Source of the DNA: Squalus acanthias
Taxonomy: Eukaryota
Direction: 5' to 3'
DNA length: 64,000 bases
NCBI GenBank assembly: GCA_030390025.1
Contig: CM059431.1
Span: forward strand, 125,552,001-125,616,000
Positions 24,131-35,751 of this stretch are shown one piece after another; the first letter of the stretch is position 1, and the number at the start of each line of letters is the position of its first letter. The translations under genes and the position numbers were made by a program. Under the pieces are notes generated by a model. That model saw nothing but the letters and a program-made list of their open reading frames with translations, was not told the origin of the DNA and made no database searches.

Positions 24131-27100
24131 TCAATTCAATATGATCATGGCTGATCCTCTATCACAATACCATATTCCCGCTCTCTCCCCATACCCCTTG
24201 ATGCCTTTTGTGTCTAGAAATCTATCTATCTCCTTCTGAAATATATTCAGTGACTTGGCCTCCACCGCCTTCTGTGGTAGAGAATTCCACAGTTTCACCA
24301 CCCTCTGAGTGAAGAAATTTCTCATCTCAGTCCTAAATGTCCTACCCAGTATCCTGAGACTATGACCCCTCGCTCTCAACCCCCCAGCCAGGGGAAGCAT
24401 CCTTCCTGCATGCAGTCTGTCTAGCCCTGTCAGAATTTTATACATTTCAATGAGATCCCCTCTCATTCTTCTAAACTCTAGTGAATACAGTGCTAGTCGA
24501 CCCAATTTCTCCTCATACGACAGTCCTGCCAGACCAGGAATCAGTCTGGTGAACCTTCGCTGCACTCCCTCTATGGCAAGTATATCCTTTCTTAGGTAAG
24601 GAGACCAAAACTGCACATAGTACTCCAGGTGTGGTCTCACCAAGGCCCTGTATAACTGTAGTAAGACATCCTTGCTCCTGTACCCAAATCCTCTTGCAAT
24701 GAAGGCCAACATACCATTTGCCTTCCTAACTGCTTGCTACACCTGCATGTTTGCTTTAAGTGACTGGTGTACAAGGACACCCAGGTCCCTCTGTACATCA
24801 ACATTTCCCAATCTATCACCATTTAAATAATACTCTGCCTTTCTGTTTTTCCTACCGAAAGGAATAACTTCACATTTCTCCACGTTATACTGCATCTGCC
24901 ATGTATTTGCCCACTCACTCAACTTGTCTAAATCGCCTTGAAATCACTTTGCATCCTCCTCACAACTCACAATCCCACCTAGTTTTGTGTCGTCAGCAAA
25001 CTTGGAAATATTACATTTGGTTCCCTCATCCAAATCATTGATATATATTGTGATTGGTGAACTCAAGCATAGGTCCCTTGCAGTCAGAATCAGGGGAATT
25101 TATAATGGGGAACAAAGAAATTGCAGACCAATTAAATACATACTTTGGCTCTGTCTTCACGAAGGAGAACACAAATAACCTCCCAGAGATGTTGGGGAAC
25201 ATAGGGTCTAATGAGAGGGAGGAACTGAATGAAATCAGTATTGTAGGGAAATGGTGTTAGGGAAATTGATGGCATTAAAGGCTGATAAATCCCCAGGGCC
25301 TGATAATCTACATCCTAGGGTACTTAAGGAAGTGGCCCTAGAAATAGTAGATGCATTGCTGGTCATCTTCCAAAATTCTATAGACTCAGGAACAGTTTCC
25401 CATGGATTGGAGGGTAGCTAATGTTACCCCACTGTTCAAAAAAGGTGGTAAAGAAAAAACGGGGAATTATAGTAAGCCTGACATCGGTTGTGGGGAAAAT
25501 GCTAGAGTCCATTATAAAAGATGTAATAGTAGAGCACTTGGAAAACAATGACAGGATTGGACAAAGTCGACATGGATTTACAAAAGGTAAATCATGCTTG
25601 ACTAATCGACTGGAATTTTTTGAGGATGTAACTGATAGAATAGGTAAGGGTGAACCAGTGGATGTGGTGTATTTGGACTTTCAGAAGGCTTTCGATAAGG
25701 TCCCGCATAAGAGATTAGCGTGTAAAGTTAAGGCACATGGGATTGCGGGCAAGGTACTGACTTTGTAAGGGTTGCGTGTCTCAGACGGTGCTGGTGCGAG
25801 GTTAGGCCTTCGTTGCCTAATACTATTGCTTGCTCTGGTCTCCGGCCAGCCTTATTGCAATAAGCACCTGTGAGTGGTTCGACCCACTCGCCCTTACGGT
25901 TCTAACACTGGACTTAGGTGCAGGGAGCAGTAATGCAGAGAAAACTCAAATAGACCCGGTTGAATAGTACGAAATGGAAATCTTTATTGCATAGCGTCCA
26001 AAATCATGAAGTACATGTCATAGGCGCAAATTAACGAGAGTACAAGTATACATACATTCATAAAGCATGGTCTATGGAAATGAAGAACGCACGGCACATC
26101 GTAAAAAGGGGAACACATTATACTTTAACCTTAATAACCACCCTCCCTTAACAATACCTACACTACATCTAGATTTGTAGGATCGTGAAACATGCTCACC
26201 ACTCGTTTAAATTCGGAGATTTTAAAGTGAGGCACTCAGCTCGTTTCGCTGCAGCGCCTGACTGTCACATCTTTGGAAAGGTCTCTGTACCCCACTTGTT
26301 TATTTTCGCTGCTGCGACAAGCAGGCCAGACACCCTGTTGTCATGAAGAACTCGACTGACCTCGGACACAGTTCAAAGAAGAGACTTCCTGTGCTCGACA
26401 CCGGTTGTCGGTAGACTTCAATGAAAAGTTCTTTATTTATATTTTTGGGCGCGGTCGGGGTTTACTGACCATGGCGGCACGTGGATTCTTCTCCTCTTCT
26501 TCTCGTCTCATCTCGTCTCTTCGGGCCTCCGGGTCCAGACACCGTTTACCGACCCTCGGGATGGTGTACCCTGTTACTTGCCCTTGTCGGGGCGGCTCGT
26601 TCCGATTGAGCTCCACCCAACACTTGAATAAACTGACCAGTACGGCTAAGAGTCAAGAGTCAACAAAGTCCAGAGAGAAAATCAAGAGGCTGCAAGTCAA
26701 GCGAGTTCATGAAGAGGCAAGCGAATAAGAGAATAAACCCTCAGCAGTCAGCAGCGAGATAAGAGACCGATGGACATTTGTTCTCTATAGTTATAGTGAT
26801 GTGTCCTCCTTATCTCCCGCTCAAATCTTAATGTTTGTCCTTTGTGTAATATTGGCGCACAAAACTCCCAGCATGGGGCGGTTGTCTTCTTTAACGGGTT
26901 TCGGTAGCACATGAAACTGGCCAACTATCCGTTAATGTTTTCCCCATTGTTGACCCAGCCAGGATGTGTATGAATCATCTCCCTGACTGGTTTTGGGGGC
27001 CCCCGAATACTGACTTAATCACCCGTCAATGTCTCTCTCATTGTAGAGCCGGGGGGGTATTTGAGTTTTGATGTGTCTGGATGGGCCTTCGCTTGCCCAG

Positions 27101-27328
27101 TACAATGATTCTTTCTGTGCATAGGAAAACGATTCCAGCACTTATATCTTTGCTATTGTTCCAAATGCAAACGGGTTGCATCCTGTGTTTATCAGTGTTT
27201 ACCGAGTATGATCCAATCTTATACTAAATGTATATTCGACGCCATCTTGTCTGCCCACTGTGCTACTGGAAGCTTCTGCCACGATGCGCGGCGGCCATTT
27301 TACAGGCTTCTGTGTCCTTTATTATCAG

Positions 27329-27687
27329 TGATGCGGAGATGCTGGCGTTGGACTGGGGTGGACAAAAATGAGAAGTCGCACAACACCAGGTTATAGTCCA
27401 ACAGATTTATTTAAAATTACAAGCTTTCAGAGCTGTCGCCCCTTCGTCAGGCAAAGTTACTGTGAGAGAATCTATCAGAATTCACAGAATATAAAAACAC
27501 AGAGAAAATGCATAGATTAAATAAAGGGAAAGATTTAATCTATGCATTTTCTCTGTGTTTTTATATTCTGTGAATTCTGATAGATTCTCTCACAGTAACT
27601 TTGCCTGACGAAGGGGCGACAGCTCCGAAAGCTTGTAATTTTAAATAAATCTGTTGGACTATAACCTGGTGTTGTGCGACTTCTCAT
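27329..27687. mobile_element. Penelope-type palindromic non-autonomous insertion, 12-bp TSD
   Basis: CTTTATTATCAG at 27317-27328 and 27688-27699; 155-bp inverted arms 27368-27522 / 27533-27687; absent from the sister LTR at 49743. Confidence 0.85.
27601..27638 (+). ncRNA. Minimal type I hammerhead ribozyme-like motif
   Basis: TTGC-CTGACGA-A-GGGGC GACA GCTCC-GAAA-GC-TT-GTAA: conserved CUGANGA and GAAA cores, stem II, palindromic AGCT stem III, 4-bp stem I. Confidence 0.6.
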
Positions 27688-30600
27688 CTTTATTATCAGG
27701 ACAGCATTTCGTTTAATAAAACTGATCAAACGAATCTGCTTCTCTTGTGTTATTTTGAATCGCGATAATTGCGAAACTTTACAACTTGGATAGAGAACTG
27801 GTTGGCAGACAGGAAGCAAAGAGTTGGAATAAACGGGTCTTTTTCCGAGTGGCAGGCAGTGACTAGTGGGGTTCCGCAGGGATCGGTCCTAGGACCCCAG
27901 CTATTCACTATATATATTAATGATCTAGACGAGGGAACTAGATGTAATATCTCCAAGTTTGCAGATGACACAAAGCTGGGTGGGCGTGTGTGCTGCGAGG
28001 AGGATGCCAAGAAACTCCAGTATGATTTGGACAGGTTGGGTGATTGGGCAGAAGCATGGCAGATGCAGTATAATGTGGATAAATGCGAGGTTATCCACTT
28101 TGGTGGCAAAAACAGAAAGGCAGATTATTATCTGAACGGCAATAGATTGGGAGAAGGGGAAGTGCAACGAGACCTGGGTGTCCTTGTGCACCAGTCGCTG
28201 AAGGTAAGCATACAGGTGCAGCAGGCGGTGAAGAAGGCAAATGGTATGTTGGCCTTCGTAGCGAGAGGGTTTGAGTATAGGAACAAGGATGTCTTGCTGC
28301 AGCTGTACAGGGCCTTGGTGAGACCACACCTTGAGTATTGTGTGCAGTTTTGGTTGCCTTATCTGAGGAAGGATGTTCTTGCCATGGAGGGTGTGCAGCG
28401 AAGATTCACCAGACTGATACCTGGGATGGCAGGAATGACATACGAGGAGAGATTGGGTCGAATGGGCTTATACTCGTTGGAGTTTAGAAGAATGAGAGGA
28501 GATCTCATTGAAACTTATAAAATTCTAACAGGGCTAGACAGACTGGATGCAGGAAGGATGTTCCCGATGGCGGGTGAGTCCAGAACAAGAGGTCACAGTC
28601 TAAAGATAAGGGGTAAGCCATTTAGGACAGAGATGAGGAGGAATTTCTTCACCCAGAGAGTGGTGAACCTGTGGAATTCTCTACCACAGAAGGCAGTTGA
28701 GGCCAAGTCAGTAAATATATTCAAGAAGAAGTTAGATATATTTCTTAAGGCTAAAGGTGTCAAGGGATATGGGGAGAAGGCAGGGACAGGGTACTGAGTT
28801 TGGATGATCAGCCATGATCTCATCGAATGGCAGAGCAGGCTCGAGGGGCCGAATGGCCTACTCCTGCTCCTATCTTCTATGTTTCTATGTTTCTATGAAT
28901 AGCTTGGGCCCAAGCACTGATCCCTGCGGTACCCCACTAGTCACCGCCTGCAACCCCGAAAAAGATCCATTTATTCCTACTCTCTGTTTCCTGTCTGTTA
29001 ACCAATTTTCAATCCATGCCAGTATATTACCCCCAATCCCATGTGCTTTAATTTTGCACACTAACCTCTTATGTGGGACTTTATCAAAGGCCTTCTGAAA
29101 ATCCAAATACACCACATCCACTGGTTCTCCCTTATCTATTCTACCAGTTACATCCTCAAAAAACTCCAGTAGGTTTGTCAAGCTCGATTTCCCTTTCATA
29201 AATCCATGTTGACTTTGTCTAATCCCTTTTGTATTTTCAAAGTGTCCTGTAATCACATCCTTTATAATAGACTCCAGCATTTTCCCTTCTACTGATGTTA
29301 GGCTAACCGGTCCATTGTTCCCCTGTTTTCTCTCTCCCTCCTTTTTTAAAAAGTGGGGTTATATTTGCCACCTTCCAATCTGCAGGAACTGTTCCATAAT
29401 CTATAGAATTTTGGAAGATGACAACCAATGCATCCACTATTTCCATGGCTACCTCTTTTAGTTCTCTGGGATGCAGATTATCAGACCCTGGGGATTTATC
29501 AGCTTTCAGTCCCATTAATTTCTCCAGCACTATTTTTGTACTAATACTAATTTCTTTTCATTCCTCCTTCTCACTAGACCCTTGGTTCCCGAGCATTTCT
29601 GAGAAGTTATTTGTGTCCTCTTCCGTGAAGACAGAACCAAAGTATTTGTTTAATTGCTCTGCCATTTCCTTATTCCCCATTATAAATTCTCCCGTTTCTG
29701 ACTGTAAGGGACTTACATTTATCTTCACTAATCTTTTTCTTTTTACATACTTGTAGAAGCTTTTACAATCCGCTTTTATGTTCCTTGCAAGTTTACTCTC
29801 CTACTCTATTTTTCCCCTCTTAATCAATCTCTTGGTCCTTTTTTGCTGAACTCTAAACTGTTCCCAATCCTCAGGCTTGCTACTTTTTTCTTGCAACTTT
29901 ATATGACTCCTCTTTGGATTTAATACTATCCTTAATTTCTTTTGTTAGCCATGGTTGGGCCTCTTTTCCTTTTGTGTTTTTGCGCCAGAAAGGAATGTAT
30001 AACTGTTGCAATTCATGCATTCATTCCTTAAATGTTAGCCATTGCCTATCCACCGTCATGCCTTTTAATGAAGCTCCCCAATCTATCATAGCCAACTCAC
30101 TCCTCATACCTTCGTAGTTTCCTTTGTTTAGATTTAGGACCCTAGTTTCGGATTGGACTTCTTCACTTTCCATCTTAATGAAGAATTCTATCATGTTATG
30201 GTCACTCTTCCCTAAAGGCCCCCGCACAAGAAGATTATTAATTAACCCCTTCTCATTGCACAATACCCAATCTAGGATAACCTGTTCCCTAGTTGGCTCC
30301 TCAATGTACTGGCCTGAAAAACCATCTCGTACACACTCCAGGAATTCATCCTCCACAGTATTATTGCTAATTTGGTTTGGCCAGTTTATATGTAGATTAA
30401 ATTCACCCATGATTACTGTAGTACCCTTGTTACATGCATCTCTAATTTCCTGTTTAATGGCATCTCCTACATTCCCACTACTGTTTGGAGGCATATAGAC
30501 AACTCCCACCAATGTTTTCTGCCCCTTGGTGCTTCGTAGCTCCACCCATACTGATTCTACATCTTTATTTTCTGAGCCAATATCCTTTCTCACTATTGTT

Positions 30601-31094
30601 CTGATTTCATCCTTTACTAACAACGCCACCCCACCTCATTTTCCTTTTTGCCTGTCCTTCCAAATATCGAATATCCTTGGATATTCAGCTCCCAGCCTTG
30701 GTCACCCTGCAGCCATGTCTCCGTAATCGCAATTATATCATATCCATTTACATCTATTTGCGCTGTTAATTCAGATACAGTGCCTTTAGATTTGTCTTTT
30801 TAACATTTTTAGACATCTTTACCATGGCCCTATTTGTCTTATTACCATTTTTTCTTACCCGGACCCTATTTGTTAGTGCACTCCTTTGTTTGTACACTTT
30901 GTCCCTTCCTGACACAATCTGGTTATCCTTACCCCAATCACTTTCCTACACTGCTTCCTTGTCTTTTCTCTTTAGCATACTAGATTTCTTTCCACCGGGA
31001 CCCTCCCCCCCTCCCCCCCCCTCCCTTATTTAGTTTAAAGCCCTATCTACCTCCCTAGTTATTCGATTCGCTAGAACTCTGGTCCCAGCATGGT

Positions 31095-31982
31095 TCAGGT
31101 GTAGTCGTCCCAACGGAACAGCTCTCTCTTTCCCCAGTACTGGTGCCAGTGCCCCACGAATCGAAACCCACTTCTCCCACACCAATCTTTGAGCCACGCA
31201 TTCATCTCCCTGATCCTATTGACCCTATGCCAATTTGTTCGTGGCTCCGGTAATAATTCAGAGATTATGACCTTTGTGGTTCTGCTTTTTAATTTAGTCC
31301 CTAGCTGCTCAAACTCTCTCGGCAGAACCTCTTTCTTTGTCCTACCTATGTCATTAGTACCTACGTGGACCACGACAACTGGATCCTCCCCCTCCCACTC
31401 CAAGTTCTTCTCCAGCCTGGAGGAGATGTCCTTTACCCTGGCACTAGGTAGGAAACATAGCCTTCGGGACTAACGCTCCTGGCTGCAGAGAACAGTGTCT
31501 ATCCCCCTAACTATACTGTCGCCTACTACAACCACCTTCCTTTTTTCTCCCCCCACTTGAACGGCTTCCTGTACCACGGTGGTGTGGTCAGTTTGCTCGT
31601 CCTCCCCGCAGTCCCCGCACTTATCGACAAGGGTTGCAAGAACCTCGAATCTATTGGACAAGTGCAGGGACTGAGGCTGCTGCAATACTACCTCCTGGAT
31701 CCCCGTACCTGCCTCACTCGCAGTCACACCCTCCTGTCCCTGACCACGTGTCAATTCTAAAGTATTTAATCTAAGGAGTGTGGCTGCCTCCTGGAGCAAA
31801 AGGTCCGGGTAACTTTCTCCCTCCCTGATGTCTCGCAATGTCTGCAGCTCAGACTCCAGGTCCTCAACTCGGAGCCGAAGTTCCTCGAACCGCAGACACT
31901 TACCGCAGATGTAGTCGCCCTGGACAAAAATGTCCACAAGTACCCACATATTGCAGCAGCAACACATCTCCTGCTCTCCCAT
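31095..31982 (-). pseudogene. CR1 ORF1 (Cys-rich/leucine-zipper region plus SGNH esterase), disrupted
   Basis: CxxC...CGKC, heptad ELRLRVEDLESELQTL, VVVVGDSIVRG, VHVGTND. Confidence 0.85.
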
Positions 31983-32984
31983 TATTTTATGTATTTAATT
32001 AATTAGTTTAGTGTTAATCAAATTATTTATCTCACTTAGTTTATTAAATTAATTAAATTAAGTTTAGTTTTTAAAATTTTGTTTTATGTTATATGTTAAC
32101 TTAAAACTTAGTCCATAGTCACTACCAATCACTTACCTGCCTTACCTGTGACGTCACACTGCCATTTTCTCTTGTTGATGCAGGTCTGCTGCTGCTTTTA
32201 TCACTGCTCTCGGACTTCGGTTTGCTCCTGCTCAGGTCCACCGCCGCTCTGCGGGAGAAGTTAGGAAAAGCAAGCACCTCCTTCCCCCACTTCACCGAAC
32301 TCCCACAGTTACCAAACTCCCAGTTGTTCACCCTGTGCTGGCTGCATTCACAGGCCCCTGTGTTTATACTGTTTGTGACTCAGCTGAGTCAGCACTGCTC
32401 TGCTACTGTTTCAGGAACCAGTTTAATCTAGTTAGCTAATTAACTAACTACAGCAGCTCTCCCACAGGAGAGCTTGTTTGTTTGTCTCTGCTTAAGCCTG
32501 AAGAAACTTAAACATTTAAAGTTTAAATTTTAACCTAAACAGTTGATCTTACTTAAGAGCTACTCGCAATTAACACTAGATTTTAAAAGAAATTAACCCT
32601 TAAAACTCCCACACTTACCAAACTCCAAGTTGTTCACTCTGTGCTCGCTGTACTCAGTGTTACAGTAGCTGATTAAAACTGAGAGACATTGCCATGAAGA
32701 AAATTATTCAGAATAGGACTGATTGCTGAGCAGGAGTTTGCCAAGGACATCTCTGAGTTTGTTAATTTTTACTTCAGTTTTAATCAGCTGCTGTAGACAG
32801 TTTCCCTTATTCTGGGTATCAGTCACTTCACCCCATTGGTTACAGGATTCCATTTGGAAATCCATCATTTCAAATACGTAGCTTGCAGAAAGCAGTTAAT
32901 GGTCCTGCTACAATCTTTTAGTGACAATTCACCTTGACCTCATAATAAATTAGCACTGACATCATCAGCTTAACGTTTATAAAA

Positions 32985-33640
32985 ATTATAGCACAGATGG
33001 AAACCATATGCCTGTATCAGTACTAGTCCTTCAAATAGAGCTATATACTCTAAACTTATTTGACTGCCCTTTCCCCCTATTCTTTTATATTTGTCCTTTA
33101 CAAATACTTATCCATTCATTCCCTTTTAATTTATGTTGTCACCTCTATCTTAATAGCCACTTCTGATAAAGCATTCCACACTATAACAACCTCCTTTATG
33201 TGAAAATGCTTCTTCTAGTTTTCCCTTTCATTCTTGTAATAATGATTCTAAATCTATGCCCACTCGTTACCGATTTGTCAATTTGTAGAAACCAGAATTT
33301 ACTGGTTACCCTCTCAAAATAATTTCAAAATCTTCTATTAGATCCTTCCATAACTTCCTCTGTTTGAGTTTTTCTTTATATCTATACCTCTGATTCTGGG
33401 CAGCCTTCTAATGAATGTTCACTGTACAATTTCCATGGTTCTAATAGCCTTTGTATAATGAGATGTATGGAACTACATACGACAATCCAATTGTGATAAA
33501 ACTGAATTTAATATCACTTTCCTGCTTTTATATTCAATGCCCCCTATGAGTAAAATCCAGAATCCCAGTTGCCTTTTTACGCCCTTTCCTATTTACAGTC
33601 TCATCTTTAAAGATCTGTCCATCTTCATCTATACATCTTT
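32985..33640 (-). mobile_element. Old degraded CR1 3' fragment
   Basis: Residual CR1 RT C-terminal and 3' UTR similarity (gcattccacactataacaacc, ccttttacaaatacttatcc). Confidence 0.45.
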
Positions 33641-35751
33641 CAGGAAGGAACTGAAAACTGATATTTCAGTGGTGAAAGGGATAATTTAATATTTTTTGAA
33701 TAAGTAGTCAATGTTCTGGGAGCACTTTCAAAATTAACATGGATGCTTTTAGATGTTTGCGTTATTAGAAATCAAAACAAAGGTTTTCTCAATTAAGACA
33801 TCAAAAGAATTAAAATAGTGGTCTGGGCTGAAAAATTGATGCACCCAGCTTTAATGGGGTATAGGTTACCAGTATATAGGTACATGCTCCCTCAGGAGAT
33901 TAACATACATTAGGTACTGTGAATGATGGAACATAGTACATACATGGTAGGAGGAATGAGTTTAATGGGCCAGATGGCTTTTCACTTACCCTGGACTTTT
34001 ATCTTTTTAGATGACAGGAAGAAACACAGAGCAGCAGAAGACGTTTCTAGCTCAAATATATGAATTAGAGCATTGTGGGAGTTAATTTGGAAACCCCCTG
34101 AAAACAGGCATGGGGATCATGGGCCATGAAATTTGGCACCTTAGCGCCGGTGGTTATGGCCGTTTAAAAAAAAACTTCCGCCCACTTTCAGCACGGCCCG
34201 CGCTGTTCGGCATCTTGTTGAGGGCAATAGCGTAGGAAATACGTGCATGCGCCGGCAGTATGCAGAGTAGGCAGATTGAGATGTCAGTCTTAGGACTAGG
34301 GGGCACAGTCTAAAAATTAGAGCCAGACCTTTCAGGAGTGAAATTAGGAAACACTTCTACACACAAAGGGTGGTAGAAGTTTGGAATTCTCTTCCGCAAA
34401 CAGCAATTATGATGGTGAATGCCTGGTATCCTGGCAGCAGTCATGATGCCTTAATTCTGCGCCAGTCCACTGTACAGCAATCTTCCAGCCACCACGTCGA
34501 ACCCGAGGGTGGCTGCTAGGTGCAAGGGCTAGCCGCTCTACGCCTGACTGACGCCTTTCCTCCGCGACCCCACCACTCATGGCCAGCACTCATATAATGA
34601 CAGCCATGCTCTCATGAGGAACATCATTGAGCAGACCATCGGTGTGCTCAAGCAACGGTTCCGCCATTACTCGCCGGAGCGAGTGCTCCAATTTTTGGAG
34701 GTCTGCTGCATCCTCCACAACTTGGCCATCATGAGGGCATAGCCTTTACCACGACGGGTTCTGTGACCGTCTCAGGAGCAGGAGGAGGAGGAACAGGAGG
34801 CGGAGAAGGAGGAAGAGGAAGGGAGGAGGCAGCCTGCAAATCCATGTTCTGGATAGGCTGTCCATGAGCACATCATCATTCTCTGGTTCCCCTGAATGAA
34901 ACCCCAGATCCCAGTTGCTCAAAACTTCCCCACCTTACCATCCCTCTCTCATGGAACATCACAGCGTCCTCTTGGCCACAATGCTGAAATGAAAGCCAAA
35001 ACAAACATTTCAAACCACATTTATAAATCATTCAATTCAATACTACGTAAAAAAGTCAACTGATCGCCCTTTTGCATTCCGTTAGTGCCTGTCTTCCGTG
35101 TGCCTTTGCCTGTCCTAGTGCTCCTCCGAAGTGTTACCCCAGTGGCTGCAGCATGGCTGTTTGAAGGCTGCTGACTTTCAGTGGGGAGCCTGCAGATGGC
35201 CTTGGAGGATGACCTCGAGCAGCTCTGAGCAAAAAAGGTCTGGCTGTAGACTGCACCACCTCAGCATGGCTGGCAGCAGTCTGGGCTGGCTGGTTGACAG
35301 GCAACAGCAAGGGCACTGGCGGAGTGGCAGTGTTGAAAGTGCGAATGCTGTCATCTTGAGAGGTGATCCATGGAGCCACTGCCACACCCCTGGGGTGGTG
35401 CCTCAGCAATCCTAGTAATCTGTTGTAGGACAGATTGCTGGACTGCTGAGACACACTGCAAGCCCCTTTCCACACTTGTAAATGCAGCCAGGATGGCAGC
35501 AGTCTGAGCTTGTGTGGCAGCAAGCTGAGCATGCATGACAGAAGTCTGAGCTTCCAGTGCAGCACTCAGACATTGGGTCGCTTGCAATTGTGCTGCAATG
35601 GCAGCTGAGACATCGCCCTTCAGACCCTGTATCATGGTTGTGTCCATGTGCTCTAATGCAGTTACTCATCACTTCCATCCTGGAAATCACGGGTTCCAGG
35701 CTCTGTGCAAAGCCCTGTACAAGGTTGGAGCCGGTCTCCTCCATGCTCTTT

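Larger units (their letters stand above)
25764..27783 (-). mobile_element. Solo LTR related to the provirus LTR, 4-bp TSD ACTT
   Basis: TGTAAGGG...TTTACA; ACTT at 25760-25763 and 27784-27787; collinear with 2426-4149 and 49743-51383. Confidence 0.93.
25054..28897 (+). mobile_element. 5'-truncated CR1 LINE (CR1-B) inserted antisense into CR1-A, itself split by a solo LTR
   Basis: RT motifs; frame GKVLT|WIENWL rejoins across the LTR; C-terminal half open to 28797; (TATGTTTC)n tail. Confidence 0.92.
23623..32657 (-). mobile_element. Full-length CR1 LINE (CR1-A), interrupted by a SINE and a second CR1
   Basis: 5' UTR with duplicated terminal unit (~32300 and ~32600), ORF1 31095-31982, EN 30021-30629, RT 28885-29530 and 24131-25050, (CATAGAAA) tail; RT frame GPKLF|TIYINDL rejoins across 25053/28898. 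Confidence 0.9.
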
